A stretch of 64,000 nucleotides of DNA from positions 70,060,001 to 70,124,000 of the forward strand of contig NC_042999.1 in NCBI RefSeq assembly GCF_006345805.1, given 5' to 3'. Origin of the DNA: Octopus sinensis. Lineage: Eukaryota. Both the position numbers and the translations under genes were made by a program. Below the pieces are notes generated by a model. That model had not been told where the DNA came from, did not search any database, and worked only from the letters and a program-made list of their open reading frames with translations. Below, piece by piece: positions 22,012-35,346 of the stretch (the stretch's first letter is position 1; each line of letters opens with the position of its first letter).

Positions 22012-23639
22012 TATTAACTTTTACAATTATTTCATGAAGAGTCAAAATTTTCGTCGCACACTGCGACCGAATTACCGAGATACTTCCAGTGCAATTATCT
22101 AAAACTTAGTTTCCGACGAATTATTACAAACATCAAATTATCCTCTTAATGAATTTAGTGTAACTCTAGTTATTCAATTTCAGACAGATGCAGTAGAAGT
22201 ATGTCAGTGTCTATGTTGTAATGTGCGGCAATAAAGATAGTTCCTAGCGAGTTCTTAGCTCAAATATTTTCTCTTTATTAAATTTACTGTAACTCCAGCA
22301 ACTAAATTCTAGACAGCTGCAGTGGAATTGTGTTAGTAACCAGGCTGCTTTGCTGAAGTGAAAAATTTGACTCTTCGCGAAATAGATGAGAAATCCATTT
22401 AACAGTTTTCTCTGTGTTTCGAGTAACTACGATAAATCTTAAAGATGTGATTGCTTTACTATCAAACTAGAATATTTTATAATGCATGTGCCACTAATAA
22501 AGACAGTTGACATCATAGAATATTGATTTGTAGTATAGACAAAGTCAAATTTCATAGCAGGGAGTAGTTGGTTACATTGATTCCAGTAGCCGACTGGTAA
22601 TTTTATCGACTTCTGAGGTTGAAAGGTAAAGCTGATGTCGATGAGATTTGAACTTAGGATGCAAAGAACTGTAACTAAATACTGCATAGAATTTTGTCTA
22701 ACACTCGTTTCTATCAATCAACGCCTAAGGACATTAAATCTGTGATTCTCAAATACTTAACCCAATTCCATCTCCAGAAAACTTAAGGAAATTCTGTCCT
22801 TTTTCTTCGTCTTAATTAATAGTTGTTGCTTTTTTTCTTTTTATTTTGACACAGAGTCATCAATTTTGAGAAGAGAAAATGAGTTGATACCATCGATATC
22901 AGTACTTGACCGGTACTCTATCTTATCGACCCCGGAGGGATGAAAAGCAGCTAAACTCCATGGAATTTGAGTGCCGGAAGGCGTTTGTTCCAACACTGCA
23001 GCAGTTCTGTCATCTTAATAAATGTTTCTAATTTAGAACCAAACAAGCAATTTTGAGGAAAGGGGTAGTCGATAATATCGACCCCTGTACTTGACTGGTT
23101 ATTTTATCGACCCTGAAAGAAGGAAAGACAAAACAGAACTCAGCTCGTAATAAGTTAAAATGAATGCTGCAAAGGATTTTTCCGATGCTGTAATTACTCC
23201 ATCAGCTCGCCGCCATCTTTTTCTTAATCATTAAGACAAAATTCGCATTTTCATAATTCCTCTCTCTTCGCAACAATGTTTGGAAGTTCGAAAGGGATAA
23301 AATCGTCTTAATTTTATTAAACCTGCTAATTTGTGCGTTCTCTTTAATCTTCATAAGCCCACTTTTCAAGAGAAACCTTGCATTAAATCACATTGATTTC
23401 AAGCTTCAAACTTGGTAGATAGTGTATAGCCGATTGTATAGACACCAAGGTGATTTCATCAGAACTTCACCCCAGAAACAACCCCAGCACTTAGTGAACT
23501 TTATTTTCGCGACCTTCTGAAGATAAAGGGCAAACTTGATTTTATTGGGAAGTGAACACAGAACATAAAGAGTCGTACATAGATTCTGGAACATGGCATT
23601 TTTCCAACGAACTATTATTTCTGTCATTTATCACCTCCT

Positions 23640-23950
23640 TAAACAATATTCCTTCCATTTATCCATTTTCGTCATCCACTATTTCTGGAAGGTCGCTGGA
23701 GTAGAGTCCCCAAGCACCTCCTCCATAGGGTCCTATCATTACACTTTCCGGTTGGATTCTCAAGTGTGACCAACTGGCATTATAAATATTATCCAGCCAT
23801 CTCGTTATTATTCTATCCGTAGGTCTTCTGCTGGTTGGCTCGGCTTGAAATTCTTTCCTGTGATATTTTAACTACAAGTCCGTTATACTGTAGTTGCGAC
23901 CTCTCAATGCGGAGAAATAGGTGTCCTTGATTAAGGTGATTCGTTTCACG
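23640..23950 (-). mobile_element. RTE-type LINE C-terminal fragment
   Basis: LFLRIERSQLQYNGLVVKISQERISSR. A related copy lies at about 34090-34300. Confidence 0.55.
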
Positions 23951-24159
23951 TTGCTTCACTCCACGTGACTGAAAATTAGTACCACTGGCACCGGGAGTAT
24001 TAACTAACCCTGCATCACGGACTGGAGACCCGTTTAGCAAGAAATCTTGTATTCTTAGTTGCTTCAATGCCATGGAAACCAGAAAAAAGTTAACGACTTT
24101 AAAAACCTAATGGGTGTATAGGTTAACATTCAGTATTCAATAAGTTAATTAACACTTAC

Positions 24160-24209
24160 CAGACGTAAGGAGTTGCACGTAAATAAACACAAAACGTTTT
24201 GGTTCATAG
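24160..24209 (-). CDS. Candidate host-gene exon (50 bp, phase 1-0) linking LDLa to the EGF/EB exon
   Basis: MNQNVLCLFTCNSLRL|gtaagt. Phases fit both neighbours and it supplies the first two Cys of an EGF-like pattern. The acceptor is weak. Confidence 0.4.
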
Positions 24210-24294
24210 CTTTATCAATTAAGTAATACTTGATAACATTCCCATTTTATTTCAGTTAATATAAACAGAAAAGTTATAAAAAAGGGATGCTTAC

Positions 24295-24399
24295 CTTCAT
24301 CACTCTTGTCCTTGCAGTCATCTGCTTGGTCGTTCACCCAGTTTAAAGGGATGCAATTTCCATTTTTACAGCTGAATTTATTGACACATGGAGAGTCGA
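24295..24399 (-). CDS. Host-gene exon, LDL-receptor class A module (105 bp, phase 1-1)
   Basis: ttttttcattatag|DSPCVNKFSCKNGNCIPLNWVNDQADDCKDKSDE|gtaagc. Confidence 0.9.
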
Positions 24400-24966
24400 C
24401 TATAATGAAAAAATAATATTTCCTTATAAGAGAATTTGGTACAATGACTTCAAGCTTAACTGTGTGTGTGTGTGTGCATGCGTGCGTGTGTGAGAGAGAA
24501 ATATGCACATCCACATGCTCTTTCACGTATGTTTGTGCGCTTTTTGGTACGCATTCACATGTTCTTTCGTGTGTGCGTGTGTGCGTGTGTGCACAGGGAG
24601 GTGTGCGTGTGTATGCGTGCGGTGCATTTTGTTGGCGTTGTTATTGTTCAGCCACGCGGTAGCTTCGATCGAGCAAGCAAGGCTTTCAAGGCGTAACCAT
24701 CCTGTTTACATTAATGTATTTTATATATATATATATTATATATATAATATATATATATATATATAATACGGTCGGATAGGTACAGTATATATATATATAA
24801 TATATAGGTACAATATATATATATATAATACGGTCGGATAGTACAATATGGCTAAATGGTTGAGAGGTTCGCTTCAGGTTCGATCCCACTGTATATATCA
24901 TTTTCTATAGCCTCAAGTCGACTCGTGCTTTGAGTGAAAATGGGTAAACAGAAACTGCAGAGAAAG

Positions 24967-25200
24967 CAGCGGCGAGCTGGCAGAAACGTTAGCACGCCGG
25001 GCGAAATGCTTAGCGGTATTTCGTTTGCCGTTACGTTCTGAGTTCAAATTCCGCCGAGGTCGACTTTGTCTTTCATCCTTTCGGGGTCGATTAAATAAGT
25101 ACCAGTGACGCAATGGGGTCGATATAATCGACTTAATCCGTTTGTCTGTCCTTGATTGTCCCTTCTGTGTTTAGCCCTATGTGGGTAGTAAAGAAATAAG
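24967..25200 (+). mobile_element. SINE family A
   Basis: ggcgagctggcagaaacgttagc head, core and tail. Confidence 0.85.
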
Positions 25201-25619
25201 AAATTGCAGAGAAAGCAGTGGACTGCACTTGTAATTTCAAAACTCTAGCTTTATATTTAGCCTTGTGTCACGCTGATCCTCCTCGAGAATAACGTTAAAT
25301 GCGCACGTGACTGTAGAATGTTGACGCCATGCAAGTTAATTCGGGAACAGCTAATTCACTAAGCCGGGCAATTGGATCTCTATCATTGAACTACGGAGAT
25401 CTACCACTACCATCAGTGTTCATATGAGAGAGATTTGACTGTTATTTTTAGTAGATCAATATCTATGTGTTAGTAGAGGGTTGGGGGTTACACAAAATAA
25501 TGAAATTGACAATATGTATATTTATAAAACTGAGACTCAAACTGATTCTGAGTTATTTATACCAAGTGGACTATGGTACCATAAACTATATGAAGTCCAG
25601 GACCATTATGTATATTATA

Positions 25620-25690
25620 TAGTTGATAAAGGAAACGGAAGATGGATTTAGTGCGAATCTTTACCCATCTTCCGCTTCCTTTATCAACTA
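25620..25690. repeat. Hairpin with 26-bp arms (1 mismatch) and a 19-nt loop
   Basis: tagttgataaaggaaacggaagatgg / ccatcttccgcttcctttatcaacta. Confidence 0.9.
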
Positions 25691-26019
25691 AAACTCAACA
25701 AATATTGCGGATTTTCTGACCATCGATCGAATAAAAATTATATCGTTACTGAGGATGATATGGTAAAACTATCACACTCCAGATGTGTCAACAAGTAATT
25801 TTTATGGATTAAAACAATGCAACATTGACAGTTTCCGTATTACGTCGCAAAACTCGAAGAATAAAAGTGAAACCTTCGACGAATTAAGTTATAGTTTCAA
25901 TTTTATACTGTTTCTCTTTTAATAGCTTCACTCTTTTACTGTTTCACTTTTAATAGTTTCATTTTATATTGTTTCACTTAATAGTTACACTTCTATTCTT
26001 TCCCTTTTAATAATTTCAC

Positions 26020-26085
26020 TATGTATACACACACACACACATATATATATATAATATATATATAATATTAAATTATATATATATA

Positions 26086-26116
<31 letters not shown>

Positions 26117-26447
26117 CATACATGTATGTATATATGTGCATATATATGTGTGTGTATATATGTGTATATATATGTGTACATATAGTATGTGCGTATATAT
26201 ATATATATGTGTGTATGCATATTTGTGTATATATATATGTATATATATATGTATGTATATATAATATATATATATATAATAGTATATATATATATTGTAT
26301 ATATATATATGTATAAATATATATATGTATATATATATGTATATATATATATCTATATATGTATATATGTACATCATCTACTAATATATATATATCTATA
26401 TATGTATATATATATATGTATGTATATGTATATGTTCTATATATATT

Positions 26448-26512
<65 letters not shown>
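26020..26512. repeat. Long compound (TA)n/(TG)n microsatellite
   Basis: Seen directly. Confidence 0.95.
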
Positions 26513-26515
<3 letters not shown>

Positions 26516-26519
26516 GCAT

Positions 26520-26695
26520 GTAGGAGTGTCTGTGGGTAAGTAGCTTGCTTACCAACGACATGGTTCCGAGTTCAGTCCTACTGCGTGGCATCTTGGGCAA
26601 GTGTCTTCTACTAGAGCCTCGCCGACCAAAGCCTTGTGAGTGGATTTGGTAGACGGAAACTGAAAGAAGCCCGTCGTATATATGTATATATATAT

Positions 26696-26755
<60 letters not shown>

Positions 26756-26980
26756 TGTGTGTGTTTGTGTGTCTATGTTTGTCCTCCTAGCATTGCTTGA
26801 CAACCGATGCTGGTGTGTTTACGTCGCCGTCACTTAGCGGGTCGGCAAAAGAGAGCGATAGAATAAGTACTGGGCTTACAAAGAATAAGTCCCGGGGTCG
26901 ATTTGTTCGACTAAAGGCGGTGCTCCAGCATGGCCGCAGTCAAATGACTGAAACAAGTAAAAGAGTAAAAGAGTAAGAGT
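26520..26980 (+). mobile_element. SINE family B, full length
   Basis: Head, internal microsatellite and (AAGAGTA)n-type tail are all present. Confidence 0.85.
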
Positions 26981-26987
26981 ATATATA

Positions 26988-27019
<32 letters not shown>

Positions 27020-27315
27020 GTATATATATATATATATATGTGTGTGTATGTATGTATGTATGTATATATGTGTATATATATATGTATGTATATATGTATA
27101 TCTATATACATATATATATATATATATTATATGTGTGTGTGTGTGTGTGTGTTGTACGTGTACAAATATATGTACAAATATATTATACATATATATGTAC
27201 ATATATATATATATATATTATATATATCTATATATATATATAATATATATATATATCTATATAATATATATATAGGTATATATATATATATATATATATC
27301 TAATATATATATATA

Positions 27316-27358
<43 letters not shown>

Positions 27359-27642
27359 TGCACATGCTTGTATATATATATATTATATATTATATTTATG
27401 TTTACCTATATATGTGTATATATATATTTATATGATAAGACGCCACCAGTTCTTTAACAAACGAAAAATCAGATTATAAATACACCGGATTCCAAAACAC
27501 AACGTTACAAGCGAAAGTTCCTTCACACGACGGAAAGATATCAGGGAGATCGTAAACCAATTCTCTTTTTTTTTTCCCTCTTAAATCAGTGTGACTGAAA
27601 CTTGGATGATATTCATTTCTTGCCGATCACTACTAACATTAA

Positions 27643-27862
27643 CCTTTTAGCATTCAAACCGGCCATATCCAGCCAAAATATTTAACCTGTTTTATATTGA
27701 AACTGACCAGATCCCACCTCTCACCTCAGCCCTACCATGTCATTCTAAAACTAAAACATCACATCACAGAAATATCTAAACTACAAGATAATGCATAATT
27801 AATTCAAAACAATATAAATAAACAAACATCACATTTGATAGAATAATCTGAACACTAAAGGG
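27643..27862. mobile_element. piggyBac-type MITE (220 bp)
   Basis: TTAA-ccttttagcattca ... tgaacactaaaggg-TTAA. Confidence 0.8.
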
Positions 27863-28260
27863 TTAATGACCTTTATACATTCAAACAATTTGATCCACAG
27901 TTTTAATATAATTGACAGTTACGAACATTTAAACTTATCAACATCGAAATTTTTCTCATTCATAATTCTAAATTTGACTGTTATGAACATTTAAATTTGT
28001 CAACATTGAAACTTTTAAAGATGTTTTTCGAATTCTTAATTCTAAATTTTTACCATTGCTAAACAGAAAATATTGTTGAAACTAGTTTGTTATATATATC
28101 TATATATATATAAAGTTTAACGCAGGTATAATTCAAATACTTTTACTTCTGACACATGTTTCGAAGATTTCACTGATATTATTCAAAAGAATAAATGGTA
28201 TAAAGCAATGTAATCTATTTTTTCCGTGTTAATTGTTAACAAGGGAAAAATACACTCATC

Positions 28261-28321
<61 letters not shown>

Positions 28322-28322
<1 letters not shown>

Positions 28323-28950
28323 CCTCAGGCTCACCAAAGCCTTGTGAGTGGTTTCGTACGCAGAAACTGAAAGAAGACTATCGTATATATGCGTATATTT
28401 GTGTGTATGTGTGTGTCTGTATTTGTAGCCTCACCATCGTTTGACAACTGATGTTGTTGTACATTATTTACATTATTTACATTTGACGGATATTTGTCCT
28501 CATCGTTTTGTTAACACAACTTTTCGGCTGATAATCTCTCCAGCCTTCTTTTGGTGTCCTGGGGAAATTTCGAACCTGAGTTCTCATTCCTTGGGTATTT
28601 TTCGATGTATGTATTTATACCAGGTGTGTGAATATAATTCAGGTTCTAAATTTCCCCAGCACACCTGAAGAAGGCTGGGGAGTATATCAGCCGAAACTTT
28701 GTGTTAACAACAAACAAGATTAGGACAAATATCCGTCAAATGTAAATAATGTACATAATTCCTCATCTCTCAAATATAGAACTGATGTTGCTGCGTTTGC
28801 GACTCCGTAACTTAACGGTTCAGCAAAATACACCGATAGAATACGTACTAGGCTTACAAAGAATGAATCCTGCGGTCGTTTTGTTTGACTAAAGGCGGTG
28901 CTCCAGCATGGGCGCAGTCACATGACTAAAACAAGTAAAACAAAAAAAAA
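28322..28950 (+). mobile_element. SINE family B interrupted by an inverted pair of hammerhead-bearing tails (28457-28779)
   Basis: aactgatgttg is repeated at 28446-28456 and 28780-28790, either side of the insert. Confidence 0.75.
28661..28704 (+). ncRNA. Minimal type I hammerhead motif (stem III G>T substitution)
   Basis: ACAC-CTGAAGA-A-GGCTG..CAGCC-GAAACTTT-GTGT. The copy at 3170 has GAAACGTT. Confidence 0.65.
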
Positions 28951-29629
28951 ATTCTGCCATTTTAATCCCTAGCAACGCCGGATATATCTGCTAGTATCTA
29001 TTACATCCTTTCAATTTTCTGCTTTGTGGCAGCTCGTAAAGTATCTGACGAATGCTCAAATTTCTTGTATTATTCTGTAATTACAGGAGTATTAGGGATT
29101 TGTTTATGTGAACTCTTTGTTTAAGATAACCACTCTGGATAAAAGTTGTTAACAGACAAATCTAATATGGGAAGTAACTTTTGTACCACCTTGAATTTTT
29201 AGAATTTACTCATCAACTTGGTCGGAAAAGATGCTTTACGGCATTTCTTCTGACTCTGTACATTCTGAGGTTAAATCTGGTGGAGTTCGTCTTTGCCTCA
29301 GAAGTCGATGAAATAAAGTATCAGTCAAGTATTGGAGTTAATGTAATCGACTTAACCCCATCTGTCAAAATTGCTGACCTTCTGAAAAGCTTGAATTTAT
29401 GACTATATTTAATAAACTACATTTAATAAAGGTTGTTAATATTGACGCATGGTTACAGTTTGGGTAGGTTATATAGGGTATTAAACCGGTCGCAGTACTA
29501 GACAGGTAAATAAGGTTGAAAGAAGGAAAATTAATCTGAGTTTTTTCTATTGTTAAATTTAAACGTAATGAACTTGACTAAATATCATAAAACATTTTAA
29601 CCGATGCTCTCCTATGTCAGTTAAGCCCC

Positions 29630-30700
29630 CACCTTTATCATTATGGCCGGGTTCCAACCCAGGCCTCAGCAACAAAGTCTGCCCGCCACACTTCTCGATC
29701 CATCATCACTGCGTCGATGTCCTGGATTTATTCCAGGCCAGTGCCTGCAATCAAGTTGTTGATGTAAGTGTGACGACGTCTTCCTCTTCTTAAATCTCCA
29801 TGAAGTGGATTTCACAAGGCTAATTTGGATACTTCCAGTGACGAGATGGCGAGCTGGAAGAATCGTTAGCACGCCGAGCGAAATGCTTAGCGGTGTTTCG
29901 TCTGCCACTACGTTCTGAGTTCAAATTCCGCCGGGGTCGACTTTGCCTTTCATCCTTTCGGGGTCGATTAAATAAGTACCAGTTGCGCACTGGGGTCGAT
30001 ATAATCGACTTAATCCCTTTGTCTGTCCTTGTTTGTCCCTTCTGTGTTTAGCACGTTGTGGGTAGTAAAGAAATAGGCATTTCGTCTGCCGCTGCGTTCT
30101 GAGTTCAAATTCCGCCGAGGTCGACTTTGCCTTTCGTCCTTTCGGGGTCGATTAAATAAGTACCAGTTGCGCACTGGGGTCGATATAATCGACTTAATCC
30201 GTTTGTCTGTCTTTGTTTGTCCCTTCTGTGTTTAGCACCTTGTGGGCAATAAAGAATTAAGATGGCGCGCGCAGTGGCTTGATCTTCTCGCTAACTTTTG
30301 GCAGGTTTCCATATAGGTATTCATTTGTCGTATGTTGCTACCGTTTCACATTTAGAGCTATTCATAGCATCCTTGTGTGATATCCATTTAGCCCGCTTGA
30401 TAACTTCTCTGCCAGTGTCCATGTTTCACTGCCATAAAATAGCACTGATTCCACAGTTACAATGAACAGCTTAATTTTGATCTACCTCAACAATTTGTAA
30501 TTCCAGACTTTCTTTAGTTTGTAACAGGCTGTCGATACTTGTGCCTTCCTGATCTTAATGTCTGCTTCCGAACCACTCACCTAAGTACTTGAAATCTTCA
30601 GCAATATTCAATTTGAAACTGCTCAAAGCAAACAGATCTTATCTTTCAACCAATCAAATGATACAGAACTGTTTGCTTTGAGCAGTTCCAAATTGAATGC
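29630..30700 (-). mobile_element. RTE-type LINE 3' fragment interrupted by tandem SINE A
   Basis: DFKYLGEW; RRGRRRHTYINNL...MMDREVWR. Confidence 0.6.
29845..30255 (+). mobile_element. SINE family A with a 184-bp internal tandem duplication
   Basis: ttcgtctgcc at 29897 and 30081. Confidence 0.85.
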
Positions 30701-30767
30701 TGCTGATATTAGTTAATGGTAAAATTTTTTTTCTTTACATTAAAATAATGTGGAGTGTGTATTCAAG

Positions 30768-31160
30768 ATATGTTGTTGGCACTCCGTCGCTTACGACGAC
30801 GAGGGCTCCAGATGATCCGATCAACGGAACAGCCTCCTCGTGAAATTAACGTGCAAGTGACTGAGCACTCCACAGACACGTGTACCATTAACGTAGTTCT
30901 CGGGGATATTAAGCGTGACACAGAGTGTGACAAGGCTGGCCCTTTGAATTACAGGCACAACAGAAACAGGAAGTAAGAGTGAGAGGAAGTTGTGGTGAAA
31001 GAGTACAGCAGGGTTCGCCACCATCCCCTGCCGGAGCCCTGTTGGAGCTTTAGGTGTTTTCGCTCAATAAACACTCACAACGCCCGGTCTGAGAATCGAA
31101 ACCGTGATCCTATGACCGCGAATTCGCTGCCCTAACCACTGGGCCATTGCGCCTCCACAT
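30768..31160 (-). mobile_element. SINE family C, full length, tail type 1
   Basis: ggaggcgcaatggcccagtggttagggcagcg head; ends gagtgccaacaac. Confidence 0.85.
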
Positions 31161-31210
31161 TCAAGATATAACTATGAACTTAACAATGTTAAAAAGTTTC
31201 TATGTCTGAA

Positions 31211-31600
31211 ATCTCTCTATATAAAACTGAGAATGTGTGTGTCTGTCTGTCTGTGTGTTTCCCTAAAACTTGAGAACTACAGAACCAATTTCATTCAAAT
31301 TTTACACATATCTTACTTAGGGTCCATGGAGTGTCATGGGCAAAACAAATTTTTAATTTTTGCCGAGGGCGAGCCCACAGCAATATCATGTCTTCTCCAC
31401 TATGATTCCCTAAAACTTGAGAACTACACAACCAATTTCATTCAAATTTTACACATGCCTTACTTCGGGTCCATGTAGTGTCATGGGCAAAAAAATATTC
31501 AACTTCTTGCCTAGGGCGAGCCCAGAGCAATATCATATCTTTTCCACTATTTCAGTATTACGTGTTAAAAGTGAAACAAAAACATCTCTCTATTTTATGT
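31211..31600 (+). mobile_element. Non-autonomous Helitron/HINE-like element with a 147-bp internal tandem
   Basis: TCTCTCTATATAAAA start, (GTCT)n, and ccctaaaacttgagaactac at 31261 and 31408. Confidence 0.5.
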
Positions 31601-32149
31601 CAGATACGTTCACTTTAACAATAAAAATTAGAGATAGTAATAACAATTGAATTATATGCAGTAAGTAATAATTAAAATCAAACTAAAGTATAATATAATA
31701 ATTAAATCGTAACATAATTAAAAGTAAAAATAGCATTTGGTATAAAATTGCATCAACGACTTGAACTTGAATAAGAGGTTTCACATGAATGGGAATAAAT
31801 TAAAAATAAAATTAAAGTGCAGAAATGGAATAGTCCAGATGGAGCTGTGCACATACCCTTTACCACGGCTTTTACATTGGATTATCTGCTAATTACCTAG
31901 CATTAAGTATCTATATGAAGTTTGGCTGTTTGTAATGTCTGTTTTCTCGAACAGACGCTTCTACTGAGTACTGCTGTTGGTTTATTTCTGATCCATAAAT
32001 GACTATAGCTTCAACTGAGTACTGCTTTTTGATTCACTGTAAGGTTTGTTGTTATTATTATTACTGTTTAACTATTGTTATCACGTTTGTTGGTTCCTCG
32101 TAAGGGAAGCGTTGTTGTGTTGCATTTGTTAAATAATTGTAAACCATAA

Positions 32150-32790
32150 CCCTCCCCCTTTGGGAGAAGGAGCTTTAGTTATTGTTTAAAAATTGAATTG
32201 TGTCCCTGCTTGGGGAAATTGACAATATTTTCACCGTTTACACGGAAGCATTTTTGTTAAAATGTCTTCGATAGAAGAAAGTCCAAAAATGAATTTCCTT
32301 GCAGCCGTCGGCGGGCGCGAACTCATTAAAATTAAAATGGAAGAAATACAAGCCTATTTCGGATTGATCACCGACAAAGACGGTGAATCTAGGATAACAC
32401 CACTAAACGAAATAAAAAATTAAATTAAAGAAAAGATTATTGTCTATAAAGTATACAATGTAGAGAAAAAAAAAGATTTGAACACCTGGAGGAAAACACC
32501 GTTGAAAAGTGTCTTGGGGCAACTGTGAAAGATATCAAGTATCTAACCAGAGGCGGTAAAATCGCCACAATAGAAGCAAGGTTCGAGTCAACGGAGCGTG
32601 CAAGGGAAAACTCGACTCGAACCTTGCAAAGTGGAAATATTTTATTTTTACCTTTATATCTGGGACGTAGGACGTCCCGGATAAAAATTTAAAATGTCCC
32701 CCCAGAAGTAGAGGTAGGCTGGATAGTAGCCACACTTCTCTACAAGAGGGAGGACAAGATATAATTGATCGAAATTACAAGAGACGGGCC
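32150..32790 (+). mobile_element. Probable LINE ORF1 fragment, degenerate
   Basis: Frameshifted protein-like text (EKCLGATVKDIKYLTRGGKIATIEARFES; VPPEVEVGWIVATLL). Assignment is tentative. Confidence 0.3.
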
Positions 32791-32926
32791 TACAATTCCA
32801 GTCTGTTATATATTTTGAGTATTGTTATCACTAGCGATATCAAGATATAACTTTGTATTTTGTATTTTATGTGTAGATGTATATATATATAGATGTACAT
32901 GTAATATGTACACATATATATATGCA

Positions 32927-32965
32927 CTAGCACTATGACCCGGCGTTGCCGGGTCATAATGCTAG
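32927..32965. other. 39-bp palindrome with CTAG ends (Helitron-type terminus)
   Basis: ctagcactatgacccggc-gtt-gccgggtcataatgctag. A related end lies at about 28970-28995. Confidence 0.6.
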
Positions 32966-33022
32966 TTATTAATTAAAAAAGCTCATTATTAGTTGATTAA
33001 ACAAAAACAAAAACAAACTGAC

Positions 33023-33121
33023 CTTCATCGGAATTGTCGAAACAATCATTGACACCGTCGTTGAATAATATTTTTTTAATGCAGGTTCCATTTTGGCAAG
33101 GTAGTTTGCCTTTCCCACAAC
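33023..33121 (-). CDS. Host-gene exon, LDL-receptor class A module (99 bp, phase 1-1)
   Basis: tttctttttttgtacttatag|CGKGKLPCQNGTCIKKILFNDGVNDCFDNSDE|gtcagt. Too short for the ORF track. Confidence 0.88.
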
Positions 33122-35229
33122 CTATAAGTACAAAAAAAGAAACTCATCAGTCAGAGATTAATTAAAAGTACATCATTGAAATATGAATCTATGTAATATC
33201 TGCAACAGAAAATTCAGAAATGCAATTCATGTGAAGCGAAGCATGAAAATAGTAGCATAGTTATCTTAGTTAAATACAGAAGTATTTTTGGTAAGAAATT
33301 GAATATAGAGACGCAGGTATGGTCGTGTGGTTATGTAGGTATGATGCTTTAAAACCAAGGCATTTCGGCATTCATCCACAAAGCGATATATTGAGTATAA
33401 GTTCTGAGTTATAGATATATGGCAGAATTCCATATACGTAATACAGTGAATTGGAAAAATAAACTTCGACTAGCTGACATACATACTAAACACAGACACA
33501 GACACACACACATACCCACGCACGCACACATATGTATACGTCGGGCTTCCACACAGTTTCCGTCTACCAAATTCACTCACAAGGTATGGATCAACCCGAG
33601 GCTATAGTAGAAGACACTTGCCCAAGATGTCACGTAATAAGTTCGCTTTGCAACCACGCGGTTGCAAAGCGAACTTATTGAAATAAATATCTAACGATCG
33701 CTTTTCATGTGTACCTTAAATTCAGAAACCTAGAAAGACATTTTAATGTTTTAAACTTGTTGCTCTCTACTCGGGCAATTCCAACAACAATAATAATTTT
33801 TTTAAAAACTACTGAGGATATAATGTGCTTAAAATTAAAAGGAAGATTCTGGAAGATTGCCAGTGTATGATAGCTAATATAAATACAACACTGGTAGCGT
33901 CTGACAAAATCTTCATTGATATTTCAGTTTGATATAATGTTTATTTCTAGAGCGCAAAGCCAGAGAAAAGGAACGCGTTTAGTACGAGGGTTAGCTGATA
34001 AACCCAACTCAATAAAAATGTTAGTCATTTAGTTGGAAGTCGATAAACTGGAGAAATATGCCTCTTTGGGATATGAATTTTGGATGAATCTTACTCCATT
34101 CATCTATCCATCTTCTCCGCTCACTATTCCTGGAAGGGTTGTGTGAGTAGAGTCCTCGGATAATTTCTCAAGAAGGCCCTATCGGAAGCAACCATCATTA
34201 CACTCTCCAGCTGGATTTCCAAGTGTGACCAATTAAGTCTATGGATAGTATCCAACCTCCTCATTCTTGGTCCATCGCTTGATCTTCAGCTTGTTGGCTC
34301 GGTTTTTTTTTTGTTTTATTTTTGTTTTCTTGCTAAGTTTCATCAGATGAAGGACAAACTGTAAGATCATAATAGAAAAAAATGAACGACAGGATAAATT
34401 GTTATTCAATCACCTGTCACAGTAACGTTAACGATACTGGAAAATTCTCCCTTCCCCTTCTCAATATTCGTGGTTTAGCCTAGAACCCACAGATCACGTA
34501 TTCTAATACACTAACCGCACATCCTCTCCTAACCTCTTATCTAGGGCACATTTCTACTGTCTAGGTTATACTCTTTATTCCAAATTCACTCTAAAAGATC
34601 GTGTCTGTACATATGTATAATCCTCTCTTCCAATCATTCACCTTTATTTCTACCTTTATGTCAACTACAGACTTCTAATGACTCTCATTCAAAGCCTTCG
34701 AATTTACTTGACTTTGATCTGCATCCCCTTACAAATCTCACCACTTCCACCAGTCTCTACACTAAGTATAATTAATTTATGCAGACGTTACCTGTCTAGC
34801 ATGAACAAAGTTATTGACACCAACACCACCAAAACAATGCTTTCCTTATTTTCCTCTTCCCTTTCTTTCACCATTCTATATATGTACATTTCTTTCTCCT
34901 CTCCCCTTCCTTATTACATACTTTTGTTTCTTTCTTTATATGCCTAAAAATAAATCACACCTGCTTTGCAACAACTACGCCTCACTAACAAAGTGAACCA
35001 AAATGTATATAAAAAGCTTGGAAAATGAAAAAAAGAATTAAACTTTCAAGTCTGATGAAAGTAAATGAGCCAAAACTTTAAAGTCACTTCCAATCTTTTT
35101 TCTTGAAAAATTAAAATAAATGTTATATTTTACTTAAATATATTGAGATATCTTTCAGTTAATGATTCACTGCTTTTATACATTAAAACAAACAACATTG
35201 CATATACATACACACACACACATATATAT

Positions 35230-35345
<116 letters not shown>

Positions 35346-35346
35346 T

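Noticed and set aside
23385-23465. Hammerhead-like CTGATGA...GAAA on minus
   Set aside because: No stem I and only a 2-bp junction-proximal stem II; likely chance.
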